Assembly (NCBI GenBank): GCA_030637655.1 | Contig: DAOWGI010000031.1 | Span: forward strand, 1-64,000 | Source: a candidate division FCPU426 bacterium | Lineage (GTDB): Bacteria > Oederibacteriota > JAAXVQ01 > JAUVAV01 | Direction of reading: 5' to 3' | Length of the DNA stretch: 64,000 nt | Part shown: piece by piece, positions 34,633 to 44,645 of the stretch | Numbering within the stretch: the stretch's first letter is position 1 | Layout: each line of letters opens with the position of its first letter | The notes under the pieces: generated by a model | Databases searched by the model: none | What the model saw: only the letters and a program-made list of their open reading frames with translations | Told to the model about the DNA's origin: nothing | Position numbers and translations under genes: made by a program

Positions 34633-34806
34633 AACCAGGAGCCTGTAGGACTTAAGTATAAAATCGGAGTTTGAGCGATCTTCCCCCTTTGAAAAAGGGG
34701 GATTGAGGGGGATTTTGCATATGAAAGCGGGCGTTTTATTGATTAAATCCCCCCTGCCCCCTTTACAAACGGGGGAGAATAACTTAAATTCGACAGGCTC
34801 CTGGTT
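34633..34806. mobile_element. MITE-like element with 24-bp imperfect TIRs enclosing a CCCCCTTT..AAAGGGGG palindrome pair
   Basis: aaccaggagcctgtaggacttaag / cttaaattcgacaggctcctggtt. Confidence 0.6.
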
Positions 34807-34833
34807 AAAATTTTTAAATAGGAGGTTGAGCCG

Positions 34834-37410
34834 GTGCGTTATGATCGATTCACAATTAAAAGCCAGGAAGCCATTCAACAGGCGGCTGAAACAGCCCAAG
34901 AGAACGGCAATCCGGAGCTGACGCCTTTACATTTGTTATTCTCTCTACTCCAGGAGGAAGGTGTCATCCGTTCCTGGTTAAGCAAATTGGGTGTGGAGGC
35001 CCAAACACTGTTGAGAATCGCGCAAGCGGAAGTAGATCATCTGCCCAAGGTCAGCGGCGCCAACGCCCAGCCGGCGCCCAGCCAGGAGTTTAGCTTGCTG
35101 CTGGATTTGGCCTGGAAAAAATCACAAGCCATGCAGGATGAGTATGTGTCAACCGAGCATTTGTTTCTCGCTGCGGCGGAAGATAAAGGCGCGGCCGGCA
35201 AGGTTTTATCAGCTTCAGGAATACAAAAAGAGGCGCTCCTGTCGGCTTTGCAGGAAATTCGCGGCACGCACCGCGTGACTGATCAGAATCCGGAGGATAA
35301 ATACCAGGCCTTAAAACGCTATTGTCTGGATTTGACTGAGCAGGCGCGTTTGGGCAAACTCGATCCGGTGATCGGGCGGGATCAGGAAATCCGCCGCGTT
35401 ATTCAAGTGTTATCCAGACGCAAAAAAAACAATCCCGTGCTTTTAGGTGAACCCGGCGTGGGTAAGACAGCCATTGCCGAAGGACTGGCCAAAAGAATTG
35501 TGGACCAGGATGTGCCTGAAGGATTGAAAAAGAAACAGGTGTTGTCTTTGGACCTGGGCGCGCTTTTGGCCGGCGCCAAATACCGGGGAGAATTTGAAGA
35601 CCGGCTCAAAGCAGTGCTCAAAGAGATTGCCGCTGCCAGTGGAGAAGTTATTTTATTTATTGATGAATTGCATACGGTGGTGGGCGCGGGCGCGGCGGAA
35701 GGCGCCATTGATGCTTCGAACATGCTCAAACCCGCCCTGGCACGGGGTGAATTGCGCTGTGTTGGCGCCACGACCTTGAATGAATATAAGAAATATATTG
35801 AAAAAGACGCGGCTTTGGAAAGACGCTTCCAAGTCGTTTTGGTGGGCGAACCTACGGTTGCGGATACGGTTTCCATTCTGCGCGGTTTGCGCGAGCGCTA
35901 TGAGTTGCATCATGGCGTAAAAATTAAGGATGCCGCCCTGGTCGCGGCAGCAGAACTAAGTCACCGGTATATTCAAGGACGTTTTTTACCGGATAAAGCT
36001 ATTGATCTGGTGGATGAGTCGGCAGCCTGTTTGCGTACGGAAATCGACAGCCTGCCGGCTGAATTGGATGAAGTGGAGCGAAAGGCGCGTCAATTGGAAA
36101 TCGAGCGCCAGGCGCTCAAACGGGAAAGCGGTCAGGCCGCGCAAGCGCGCAGTCAGGAATTGGAAAAAGAGTTGAAAATACATACTCAAAAGCGTGATAC
36201 CATGCGCCAACAGTGGCAGCAGGAAAAACAGGATATTGAACAGGTGCAAAAGATCAAGGAGCAACTGGACCGGTTAAAGCAGGAAGAAGCCAACGCGGAA
36301 CGGGAAGGCAATTTGGAGCGTGTGGCGGAAATTCGTTACGGCCGTTTGCGGGAACTGCAGGCTGAATTGGAGAAAACCGAACAGGCGTTAACAGAAAAAA
36401 GCCAGGGCCAGGCCTTGCTCAAGGATGATGTGGATGAGGAAGATGTGGCTGAAGTGGTGGCACGCTGGACTGGAATTCCGGTAACTAAACTATTGCAAGG
36501 CGATATGACCAAACTAATGACTATGGAAGAGGTGTTGAAAAAACGTGTGGTCGGACAGGATGAAGCGGTACAAGCGGTTTCAGACGCTGTGCGCCGGGCG
36601 CGGTCAGGTTTGGCTGAACCCAACCGGCCGGTGGGATCGTTCATGTTCTTAGGACCCACGGGTGTGGGTAAAACCGAATTGGCGCGGGCTTTGGCGGAAT
36701 TTCTGTTCAATGACGAAGCAGCTATGGTGCGGATTGACATGTCCGAATACATGGAAAAGCATTCAGTGGCACGCTTGATTGGCGCTCCGCCCGGATACGT
36801 GGGCTATGAAGAAGGGGGTCAATTAACCGAAGCAGTGCGGCGCAAACCATACAGCCTTATTCTATTCGATGAAATTGAAAAAGCGCATTCTGAAGTATTT
36901 TCTGTTTTGTTGCAGGTATTGGATGATGGCCGCTTAACTGACGGCCAGGGCCGGACAGTGGATTTTCGCCAGTCCCTGATCATTATGACCAGTAATATAG
37001 GCGGTCAAACCATATCTCAGATGAGCGGGCGTTCGGAAGAGGAAATGCGCCAAGCGGTTATGACGGAATTGCGTGCGCAGTTCAAACCGGAATTTTTAAA
37101 CCGTTTGGATGATCTGATTCTGTTTCACCGATTGTCCGAACAGGTTATCGCGCGGATTGTTGACCGCCAAGTAGCCCGGTTGCAGGCGCGGTTGGCCCCA
37201 AGGCATCTGCGAATTGAACTGGATGATAAAGCCCGGCAATTGTTGGCCAAAGAAGGATATGATCCGGTTTATGGCGCGCGTCCCTTGAAGCGCGTGCTGC
37301 AGCGCCTGGTGACTGATCCACTGGCCAAACGTTTGATTGCCGGAGAGTTTGTTGTGGGGGATAAAATTCTAGTGCAGGTTGTGGATGGAAACCTGAAGTT
37401 GTTAAAGTAG
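34834..37410 (+). CDS. clpB: Chaperone ClpB
   Basis: [10 protein letters not shown], Walker A motifs GEPGVGKT and GPTGVGKT, coiled-coil M domain, [28 protein letters not shown]. Confidence 0.98.
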   Translation: MRYDRFTIKSQEAIQQAAETAQENGNPELTPLHLLFSLLQEEGVIRSWLSKLGVEAQTLLRIAQAEVDHLPKVSGANAQPAPSQEFSLLLDLAWKKSQAMQDEYVSTEHLFLAAAEDKGAAGKVLSASGIQKEALLSALQEIRGTHRVTDQNPEDKYQALKRYCLDLTEQARLGKLDPVIGRDQEIRRVIQVLSRRKKNNPVLLGEPGVGKTAIAEGLAKRIVDQDVPEGLKKKQVLSLDLGALLAGAKYRGEFEDRLKAVLKEIAAASGEVILFIDELHTVVGAGAAEGAIDASNMLKPALARGELRCVGATTLNEYKKYIEKDAALERRFQVVLVGEPTVADTVSILRGLRERYELHHGVKIKDAALVAAAELSHRYIQGRFLPDKAIDLVDESAACLRTEIDSLPAELDEVERKARQLEIERQALKRESGQAAQARSQELEKELKIHTQKRDTMRQQWQQEKQDIEQVQKIKEQLDRLKQEEANAEREGNLERVAEIRYGRLRELQAELEKTEQALTEKSQGQALLKDDVDEEDVAEVVARWTGIPVTKLLQGDMTKLMTMEEVLKKRVVGQDEAVQAVSDAVRRARSGLAEPNRPVGSFMFLGPTGVGKTELARALAEFLFNDEAAMVRIDMSEYMEKHSVARLIGAPPGYVGYEEGGQLTEAVRRKPYSLILFDEIEKAHSEVFSVLLQVLDDGRLTDGQGRTVDFRQSLIIMTSNIGGQTISQMSGRSEEEMRQAVMTELRAQFKPEFLNRLDDLILFHRLSEQVIARIVDRQVARLQARLAPRHLRIELDDKARQLLAKEGYDPVYGARPLKRVLQRLVTDPLAKRLIAGEFVVGDKILVQVVDGNLKLLK

Positions 37411-37576
37411 GGGCGCCCTTTACGGGTGTCCTTAAAAGCAATAGGGGAGAACCTTGCTTGCCTTGCCGAAGCTTTAGCATAGGCAGGTGTTCGCTCTTAA
37501 AGTAGGGAACAAATTGTCATGTAGGGGCGAACCTTGTGTTCGCCCTAAAGGCAGTAGGGGCGCACTGAGTGCGCCC
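37407..37576. repeat. Array of GTAG REP-like palindromes, one interrupted by a 31-nt insert
   Basis: Copies at 37407, 37442, 37521, 37554. Confidence 0.8.
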
Positions 37577-37611
37577 GTGGCTAAACCGGTTATTCAAAAG
37601 GTGCCTGGCTG

Positions 37612-37745
37612 AAGGATGGTGGCATGTCTGTTTTTTCCAAACGCCGCTTGAGCGTCGGATCAACGGGCAACACTATGGCTGCAAATCAACGATTGAGGTT
37701 GTTTTCCGCTTACCATTTGGAAAAAACAGACATGCCACCATCCTT
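37612..37745. repeat. 134-bp hairpin element A (30-bp perfect arms)
   Basis: 37612-37641 is the reverse complement of 37716-37745. Confidence 0.85.
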
Positions 37746-37847
37746 TTAAAAAGTACGTTGTACTATGATCGCTTTTGAGAATTAGATTATTAAGAAGAAG
37801 GTGTTTGGTTAATAATATACGGAGATGGTATAATAAACCACTGCTAT

Positions 37848-37981
37848 AGGTATGAGGCATGTGAGTTTTTTCACAACGGGAAGCCGAAAAACCAGTACAT
37901 CCTGTTGCTTTTCAATCGTCCCCTTGCCTGTTTGCCTGACGCTCAAGCGGCGTTGTGAAAAAACTCACATGCCTCATACCT
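37848..37981. repeat. 134-bp hairpin element B (31-bp perfect arms), inverted homolog of A
   Basis: 37848-37878 is the reverse complement of 37951-37981; shares aacgccgcttgagcgtc with A on the opposite strand. Confidence 0.85.
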
Positions 37982-38023
37982 GTACACACCCGGCTATAGT
38001 ATATTTATCATAAGGATTATCGT

Positions 38024-39622
38024 ATGCGCCACAACATCGCAGGAATTACACTGCTATTCATGCTTTTTGCGCAATCCGTATTAGCCGGCGAACCGGCGTT
38101 GATACCTGTGAAGCAACCTCTCAAGAAAAAAGCCGTTGAAATTTTGGTAAAGTATAGTCAGGGGAGCCGATTCACCAAGCAAAGCGGTTACTTGGGAAAG
38201 CTTCCGGCTTTGCAATGCGAACGCTTTTGTGTTCCAAAACAGCAGACCGCTGAGGCCATGGCCAAAAGCAGGCAGGCGGATCCGCAGGTGGAATGGGTTC
38301 AACCTAATTATTGGCGTTATGCCTTGGCCACTGAAGTGGTTCCTGATGATCCGTACTATCGTCCGGAACAAAATCAACGTCAGTATCAGCAATGGTATCT
38401 TTCCAAAGTGAATGCCAATTTTGCCTGGTCTGTGGCAGATGGCAGTGAGAATATCACTGTTGCGGTGGTGGACTCAGGAGTGGATTTGAACCATCCGGAT
38501 TTAAAAAATCGTCTGGTGCGCGGCGCGACTTTGGTAAGCCAAGAAGATTATTCTCCAACTTCCGAAGGTATGGATGATCATGGTCATGGCACCCATGTGG
38601 CTGGTATTATCGCGGCGCAAAGTAACAACAACCTCGGGATCAGCGGCTGTGCCTGGAAGGGCAAAATCATGCCCATCAAAGTTTTGAACAATAAAGGCGA
38701 AGGACTGGATTCGGATATTGCTGTTGGCATTCGTTGGGCAGTAGACGCGGGAGCGAAAATTATTAATCTCTCCCTTGGCGGATATGGCGACGATGGCAGT
38801 CCACCGCCGGTATTGCAGGAGGCAGTAGATTACGCGTACTCTCAAGGATGTTTAGTCATTGCTGCTGCGGGAAATACCGGCGATAATACAGTTCACTATC
38901 CAGGCGCCCTGGAACATGTTATAGCAGTTGCTGCTACAGATCCGTGGGATCAGCGCGCTGCTTATTCCACCTATGGTTCCTATGTGGATTTGGCAGCGCC
39001 CGGAGGCGCCGGCGCAGATCAATTTTCCCGAGCCACAGGTATGTTAAGCACCTATTGGAATGAAAACAGCCATATTACCGATAAATCCTCCGGGTCTGAG
39101 GCAGGAGAGTACGCAATCATGGCAGGCACTTCCTTTGCGGCGGCCGTGGTTTCCGGAGCCGCGCTGGTGGTCTGGGGAAATCAACCAAGCTATACAGTGG
39201 ACGAGGTTGAAAATGTTTTATTGGATAGTGCTGTGGATGTGGGAGCAATTGGCGCGGATATCCGGACCGGTAATGGCCGAATAGATCTTTTGGCTGCTCT
39301 GGGTAATCCGGTAGTTGAACGGACGGCCTTAACCTCATACAACTATCCCAATCCGTTTTATCCGGAAAAAGATACTACTACCCGGATTGTTTTTTTTCTG
39401 GATGAGCCTGCTGAAACAAAAGTCAGGATATATGATTCAGCGCGGGAATTGGTCTGGCACAAAAAAATAGCGGCCGCGGAAACCCTGGCAGGTAAAAATA
39501 CGCTGACTTGGGATGGAACCAATGATTTAGGACAAAGGGTCGCAAATGGCGTGTATTTTTACCGGTTAACCACAGCCCCAGGATTAGCCGGTAAATTAAA
39601 AACCATCGCGGTGGTGCGATGA
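38024..39622 (+). CDS. Secreted subtilisin-family (S8) protease with C-terminal FlgD-Ig/T9SS-sorting-like domain
   Basis: Signal peptide; VVDSG, HGTHVAG, GTSFAA triad; YNYPNPF...WDG.N..G..VANGVYFY tail. Confidence 0.92.
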   Translation: MRHNIAGITLLFMLFAQSVLAGEPALIPVKQPLKKKAVEILVKYSQGSRFTKQSGYLGKLPALQCERFCVPKQQTAEAMAKSRQADPQVEWVQPNYWRYALATEVVPDDPYYRPEQNQRQYQQWYLSKVNANFAWSVADGSENITVAVVDSGVDLNHPDLKNRLVRGATLVSQEDYSPTSEGMDDHGHGTHVAGIIAAQSNNNLGISGCAWKGKIMPIKVLNNKGEGLDSDIAVGIRWAVDAGAKIINLSLGGYGDDGSPPPVLQEAVDYAYSQGCLVIAAAGNTGDNTVHYPGALEHVIAVAATDPWDQRAAYSTYGSYVDLAAPGGAGADQFSRATGMLSTYWNENSHITDKSSGSEAGEYAIMAGTSFAAAVVSGAALVVWGNQPSYTVDEVENVLLDSAVDVGAIGADIRTGNGRIDLLAALGNPVVERTALTSYNYPNPFYPEKDTTTRIVFFLDEPAETKVRIYDSARELVWHKKIAAAETLAGKNTLTWDGTNDLGQRVANGVYFYRLTTAPGLAGKLKTIAVVR

Positions 39623-40599
39623 GAAACGTATGTCAACCAACAGGATGGTTGCTCAGCCTCGTAGTACTGCTGGTTGCTGGAACTGTTTATGCGGAAGGGA
39701 CCGGCGGACAGGCCGGCGCGTATTTGAAGCTGGGTATGGATGCGCGTGCCAAGGCTTTGGGCAGCGCTTATACCGCAGTGGCCACGGATGCTGCTGCCGG
39801 ATATTGGAATCCGGCAGGTTTGGGATTGGCGTTGCGCCAGCAGGTCATGGCCGCCTACACGGCCTTTCCTGAGGGCGGTGATTATTCACAAATCGCCTAT
39901 GTCCTGCCTGTGAGCGAGTTCACATTTCCTGAGGATCAGCGATCCGCCGGTACGGGTCAATTTTCACTAGGATCTTTGGGCATTACGATCCTGAGGTACG
40001 CGGCGGCTTATAATATTGAAGCGCGCCAGGTGGATTCCATCAATCCGGATTATTATTTTTCAGACATTGAAGGCTGCTATGGATTCGCCTATGGTATATC
40101 ATTGAATCCGGAGTGGAGCGTGGGGTTGGGTGTGAAAGGATTGTATCATGAATTGGATCAGGTGGATGCCACCGGGTTTGGGATGGATGCAGGTGTAGTT
40201 TGGCAGGGATTTCCCGGGCTTTCCGTGGGGTTCGCGGTTCGCGATGCCTACAGTAAATTGCAGTGGTCTACCGGCTGCCAAGAAGTGTTTCCCGCCACAC
40301 TGAAAGCCGGCGCAGCGTACCAGCGCGAGTTTGGAAAAGCCCAGGTAGTTTTGGTGAGTGTTGAAGCTACACACAATTTAACTTCAGCGCTTCTAAGGCT
40401 GCACGCTGGTTTGGAATATGCCTTTGAAAAAATACTTTTTATACGGATGGGTTATGATGACGGGGTTTTGGCCGCGGGCGGCGGGGTACGTATTCCTTGG
40501 TTGGGTTGGGAACAAGCTGCCTGGCGGATTGACTATTGTGCCCAGGAAGATCGTATTGTAGGCTGGGACCATTGGTTTAGCTTGAAACTGGAGTTGTGA
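39619..40599 (+). CDS. PorV/PorQ-like outer-membrane beta-barrel
   Basis: Signal peptide; YLKLGMDARAKALGSAY..D..A.YWNPAGL motif; ATGA-coupled to the protease. Confidence 0.85.
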   Translation: MRNVCQPTGWLLSLVVLLVAGTVYAEGTGGQAGAYLKLGMDARAKALGSAYTAVATDAAAGYWNPAGLGLALRQQVMAAYTAFPEGGDYSQIAYVLPVSEFTFPEDQRSAGTGQFSLGSLGITILRYAAAYNIEARQVDSINPDYYFSDIEGCYGFAYGISLNPEWSVGLGVKGLYHELDQVDATGFGMDAGVVWQGFPGLSVGFAVRDAYSKLQWSTGCQEVFPATLKAGAAYQREFGKAQVVLVSVEATHNLTSALLRLHAGLEYAFEKILFIRMGYDDGVLAAGGGVRIPWLGWEQAAWRIDYCAQEDRIVGWDHWFSLKLEL

Positions 40600-40669
40600 A
40601 TTTATTTTCAAAGGGCATTCGCAAGGGGTGCCCCTGCGGTTTTTAATTTTCTGTACCCGGGAAGCGGTA

Positions 40670-40698
40670 TTGACAAAAAGCTCATTTTTAAGTAAAAT
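40670..40698 (+). promoter_or_regulatory. Sigma70 promoter of the yicC-gmk operon
   Basis: TTGACA-17 bp-TAAAAT. Confidence 0.65.
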
Positions 40699-40718
40699 CT
40701 TTTATTCTCTTTATATCT

Positions 40719-40810
40719 GTAGGGAACGGTCCCCAACTGGAATGCCTGTAGGGAACGGTCGCGACCGAAGGGAATCCCATTTGTAGGGAACGGTCGCGAC
40801 CGTTCCCTAC
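40719..40810. repeat. Tandem GTAGGGAACGGTC REP array
   Basis: Three gtagggaacggtc units ending in the perfect palindrome gtagggaacggtcgcgaccgttccctac; related array at 61392. Confidence 0.85.
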
Positions 40811-40839
40811 AGGATAATTAAAATCAGGAAACGGAGTGC

Positions 40840-41085
40840 ATGAAAACAAAAACAAAACCTCAGGAAATCCGGATTAATACTTCTTTCCTGGTTATTTTGC
40901 TGGTCATGGGATTACTGGGTCTTATCACTCTGATTACGATTTTATCCATTCAACCGGTTGGATCGGCAATTATCAAAGTGATTTTCATATATGCCATCGG
41001 TTTTTTGGGAGCCGGACTTTTAATCGCGGCGCTGGTTAATCGTTTGGTGGATCATCGTGATTCCGAGACAGGAGAGCCGGCATGA
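40840..41085 (+). CDS. Small two-TM membrane protein
   Basis: GGAG RBS, two hydrophobic helices, ATGA overlap with yicC. Confidence 0.7.
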   Translation: MKTKTKPQEIRINTSFLVILLVMGLLGLITLITILSIQPVGSAIIKVIFIYAIGFLGAGLLIAALVNRLVDHRDSETGEPA

Positions 41086-41960
41086 TAACAAGCATGACAG
41101 GCTATGGTCGCGGCGAAGCCAGGAATGGCCGTTTGGCTGTGGCGCTGGAGGTAAAAACCGTCAATCACCGGCATCTTGAAGTGATGGTTAAATTGCCAGG
41201 CGGTCTCTGGGAACTGGAACCGCTAATTAAAAAGAAAGCGCGCGAGATGGTACGTCGCGGACGTGCGGAAGTATATTTGCATTTGCTTTCTCCGGTAGCC
41301 GGGACGCGGGAACCGGTCGTAGATGTGGATCTGGCAGCCAAATATTTACGCGCTTTGAGCAAAGCGGGCAGTTGCTTAGGGATTACGGGCAATGTGGATC
41401 TCTCCATGATTGCGCGTTTGCCGGAAGTGGTTCGGGTGGAGGATCGTCCGATTCAGACCACCATGGTCAGCTCTTTGGTGGAACGCGCCCTGCAGCAAGC
41501 GTTAAAGCGTGTGAGCACCATGCGCCGTACTGAGGGCAAACGGTTGGCTGTGGATATTAAGCAACGCTTGAATTCCATCCGGAGATTATTGCCTAAAATT
41601 CAGCAACGCTTGCGGAGCAGTATGCGACAACAGGAAAAACGTTTGCGTAAGAAGATCGCTTTATGGTTAAGCACGGACAATGTCGAAGCCAAACGCATCA
41701 CACAGGATGCGATGCTCAAGCATATACGTTCCGATGTCACAGAAGAAATTGTTCGTCTCAACTCACATTTAAGTCAGTTTTTGGTTTTTATGCGCCAATG
41801 TGAACCTGTGGGCAGGCGTTTGGATTTTTTGATCCAGGAAATGAACCGTGAAATTAATACTATTGGAGCCAAAGCTGCTGACGCGGTCATAGCCCAGTTT
41901 GTTGTGACTGTGAAAGAGGAAATTGAGAAAATTCGCGAGCAGGTCCAAAATTTAGAATAA
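41082..41960 (+). CDS. yicC: YicC/YloC family endoribonuclease
   Basis: SMTGYGR start, GRRLDFLIQEMNREINTIG, EKIREQVQNLE end. Confidence 0.95.
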   Translation: MITSMTGYGRGEARNGRLAVALEVKTVNHRHLEVMVKLPGGLWELEPLIKKKAREMVRRGRAEVYLHLLSPVAGTREPVVDVDLAAKYLRALSKAGSCLGITGNVDLSMIARLPEVVRVEDRPIQTTMVSSLVERALQQALKRVSTMRRTEGKRLAVDIKQRLNSIRRLLPKIQQRLRSSMRQQEKRLRKKIALWLSTDNVEAKRITQDAMLKHIRSDVTEEIVRLNSHLSQFLVFMRQCEPVGRRLDFLIQEMNREINTIGAKAADAVIAQFVVTVKEEIEKIREQVQNLE

Positions 41961-42056
41961 ACGGATGTCCGGCGTACGCCCAATAATATTGTAGGGACGC
42001 ACTGAGTGCGCCCGCGGTGTTGCGCACTGAGTGCGCCCGCAACGAGCAGGTGTCTT

Positions 42057-42347
42057 ATGGAATTAACGCTCATCCCAATCGGGTACGGCAATATAGTGGT
42101 CGGCCAAAGAATAGTTGCTATTATTGCTCCGGATTCTTCTCCGGTCAAACGACTGCGGGAAGAAGCCGCTGCGCATGGGAAACTTATTGATGCCACGCAC
42201 GGACGACGAACACGGGCGGTGATTATTACGGATTCGGATCATGTTGTGCTTTCGGCCCTGCAGCCGGAAACCATTTCGCAGCGATTTGGCGGCAATGGAA
42301 CGCAGGAGTCCAACTCCACTGAGACCCGGACCCGGAACAAAAAATGA
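42057..42347 (+). CDS. remA: RemA/DUF370 family protein
   Basis: [49 protein letters not shown] 42057 (upstream extension is REP-derived). Confidence 0.9.
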   Translation: MELTLIPIGYGNIVVGQRIVAIIAPDSSPVKRLREEAAAHGKLIDATHGRRTRAVIITDSDHVVLSALQPETISQRFGGNGTQESNSTETRTRNKK

Positions 42348-42982
42348 AGCGCCAAGGAGTACTCATTGTGGTTTCTTCCCCGTCCGGTGGCGGCAAGACA
42401 ACCATTTGTGAACAGTTGTTAAAGCAAGACCGGAATTTGGTGCGCAGCATATCTGTGACTACCCGGGAACCACGTGGTTGTGAAAGCCAAGGACGTGATT
42501 ATTACTATATGGATATGCTCAAATTCCGGCAATTAAAAAAACAAGCTGCTTTTTTGGAATGGGCGCAAGTGCACGGACATTGTTACGGAACCTTGCGGCA
42601 AGCGGTTGCCAAAGAGCAACAACGCGGCAAAGATGTTCTGCTGGTCATTGATGTACAGGGCGGAATGGCAGTGAAAAAAAAAGATCCCCGGGCAGCATTG
42701 ATTTTTGTGCAGCCGCCTACACTTAAAGCCTTACAGTCCCGCTTACAAGGACGCGGGACCGATGGCCAAGACACTATTCGAAAGCGTCTGCAAAACGCGC
42801 GCTGGGAAATGTCCTGTGCGCAATATTATGACTATGTGGTCGTGAATGAGTATTTGCCCAAAGCAGTGGAACAGGTACAGGCGATTATTACGGCAGAGCG
42901 ATTGCGGGTAATGCCAACCCCGAAAAGCAGAGAAAGATGGGATAAAAACCGTAGAGACGCGATTAATCGCGTCTCTACATAG
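42344..42982 (+). CDS. gmk: Guanylate kinase
   Basis: [34 protein letters not shown]. Confidence 0.96.
   Translation: MKRQGVLIVVSSPSGGGKTTICEQLLKQDRNLVRSISVTTREPRGCESQGRDYYYMDMLKFRQLKKQAAFLEWAQVHGHCYGTLRQAVAKEQQRGKDVLLVIDVQGGMAVKKKDPRAALIFVQPPTLKALQSRLQGRGTDGQDTIRKRLQNARWEMSCAQYYDYVVVNEYLPKAVEQVQAIITAERLRVMPTPKSRERWDKNRRDAINRVST
42951..42978. repeat. GTAG REP palindrome inside the gmk 3' end
   Basis: gtagagacgcgattaatcgcgtctctac, identical to 49556-49583. Confidence 0.85.
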
Positions 42983-43065
42983 AACAATCCATGTATCCTC
43001 TGCGTGTATCGGCGGCTAAATTTAATTCCGGCTTGTCCGGGCTATAGTGAAAGGAGATAAAGAAG

Positions 43066-43275
43066 ATGCATCATCTGGATTTTGAAAAAATTATCGACAA
43101 ATTGGGCAGTAGGTACGAAGCCGTGATTCGTATGTCCGTGATTGCCCGTAAAATGGCTGATGAGGGAATTACTGAAGAGAATACCGGTGGCAAGAAAATC
43201 ACCAGCGCAGCTTTAAATCAGTATTTGGAAGAAAATAAGCTGCTGATGACCGACAAAGCCGAAATCAAGGAGTAA
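43066..43275 (+). CDS. rpoZ: RNA polymerase omega subunit
   Basis: GSRYEAV..AR, K.TS.AL pattern; between gmk and coaBC; AAGGAG RBS. Confidence 0.8.
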   Translation: MHHLDFEKIIDKLGSRYEAVIRMSVIARKMADEGITEENTGGKKITSAALNQYLEENKLLMTDKAEIKE

Positions 43276-43278
43276 GCC

Positions 43279-44544
43279 ATGCTTAGCGGCCGCCGTATTG
43301 TTCTGGGAATTACCGGGAGTATTGCGGCCTATAAAGCCGCGGATTTGGCACGTCAATTGGTAAAAGCCGGAGCAGAAGTTACGGTCGTGATGACGGAAAA
43401 CGCCTGTCGTTTTATCACTCCCTTGACCTTTCGCACGCTAACCCGTGGACCGGTGATCACCGGTTTTTTTGCCGAGCAGGCTGAACCTGTGCCGCATATA
43501 GCGTTGGCACAGTGGGCTGAGCTTATTCTAATAGCGCCGGCTACCGCGGATACCATTGCCAAAACAGCCGTTGGCCGGGCTGATGATCTATTGACCGCAA
43601 TGCTGTTGGATACTACGGCGCCGATTCTCTGGGCTCCGGCTATGAACACCCGCATGTGGGACAATTCAGTTACCCGGGAAAATGTCAAAAAGCTTACCCA
43701 GCGTGGTCATCACTGGGTCCAGCCAACAGAAGGGGAACTAGCCTGCGCTGAAACCGGCAGAGGACGATTGGCGGAAGTTGAGGACATTGTCGCGGCTGTA
43801 CAGAATCTATTGCTTCCTGCGAGCCGTTTGACCGGCAAGCAGGTGCTCATCACAGCCGGACCGACACGCGAACCCTGGGATGCGATTCGTTTTTTATCCA
43901 ACCGTTCTTCAGGCAAAATGGGGTATGCACTGGCTGAGGAAGCGAGGCGCAGAGGAGCGAAGGTTACCTTGCTGTCCGGACCGGTGGCCTTAATTCCTCC
44001 GGCTGGAATTGATCTGGTAACTGTAAACACAGCCCGGGAAATGTATGCTGCCGCTAAAAAAGCATTTGTACAGACCGATATATTTATGGCCGCTGCTGCA
44101 GTAGCGGATTTTCGTCCGGCCGAAAGCAAAACAAATAAAATAAAAAAATCCAAAGCCCCGGAAACAATTGCGCTGGTTCCGAATCCTGATATACTCCTGG
44201 AATTAGGCCAACACAAGGGTGAGAAAATTGTGGTCGGTTTTGCCGCGGAAAGCGATAAGGTAGTGGACGCAGCCAAACAAAAACGGGTTAAAAAAAATTG
44301 TGATCTGATGGTAGCCAACGCGGCAGGTGGAGAAGCTGATGCTTTTGCTGCTGATCACGCCCAGGTTTTTATACTGGATAACCAGGATCAGGTGGAAGCC
44401 TTGCCGTCCTTGCCCAAGGCGCAGGTGGCGTCTGTAATCTGCGACCGGATTGAGACGCTGATAAAAGAAAAGAATTCACCGCATACCCAAAAAACGGGCA
44501 CGCGGAGACGCAGAGGACGCAAAGAAAACGAAGAGGAAAAATAA
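43279..44544 (+). CDS. coaBC: Phosphopantothenoylcysteine decarboxylase/ligase
   Basis: GITGSIAAYK, APAMN, TAGPTRE, SNRSSGKMG, VGFAAE. Confidence 0.97.
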   Translation: MLSGRRIVLGITGSIAAYKAADLARQLVKAGAEVTVVMTENACRFITPLTFRTLTRGPVITGFFAEQAEPVPHIALAQWAELILIAPATADTIAKTAVGRADDLLTAMLLDTTAPILWAPAMNTRMWDNSVTRENVKKLTQRGHHWVQPTEGELACAETGRGRLAEVEDIVAAVQNLLLPASRLTGKQVLITAGPTREPWDAIRFLSNRSSGKMGYALAEEARRRGAKVTLLSGPVALIPPAGIDLVTVNTAREMYAAAKKAFVQTDIFMAAAAVADFRPAESKTNKIKKSKAPETIALVPNPDILLELGQHKGEKIVVGFAAESDKVVDAAKQKRVKKNCDLMVANAAGGEADAFAADHAQVFILDNQDQVEALPSLPKAQVASVICDRIETLIKEKNSPHTQKTGTRRRRGRKENEEEK

Positions 44545-44555
44545 AATTAATAATA

Positions 44556-44625
44556 GTAGGGGCGCACCGAGTGAGCCCGCCGCATACGTCCGCAATGAAC
44601 ATGTAGGGGCGCACTGAGTGCGCCC
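44556..44625. repeat. Two GTAG REP-like palindromes
   Basis: gtaggggcgcaccgagtgagccc and gtaggggcgcactgagtgcgccc; same type at 37554 and 41991. Confidence 0.75.
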
Positions 44626-44645
44626 GTAAGAAAGAGTAATTATTT

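Noticed and set aside
34408-34921. ORFs 34408-34899 (-) and 34703-34921 (+)
   Set aside because: Translations of palindromic repeats, overlapping the clpB start.
34834-37410. T6SS ClpV
   Set aside because: Full M-domain and canonical ClpB motifs; no T6SS genes.
37569-37860. Short ORFs sharing GWWHVCFFQ
   Set aside because: The shared peptide comes from the two arms of inverted repeat A.
40719-40810. Mini CRISPR array
   Set aside because: 13-bp GTAG REP units with short irregular spacers; no cas genes.
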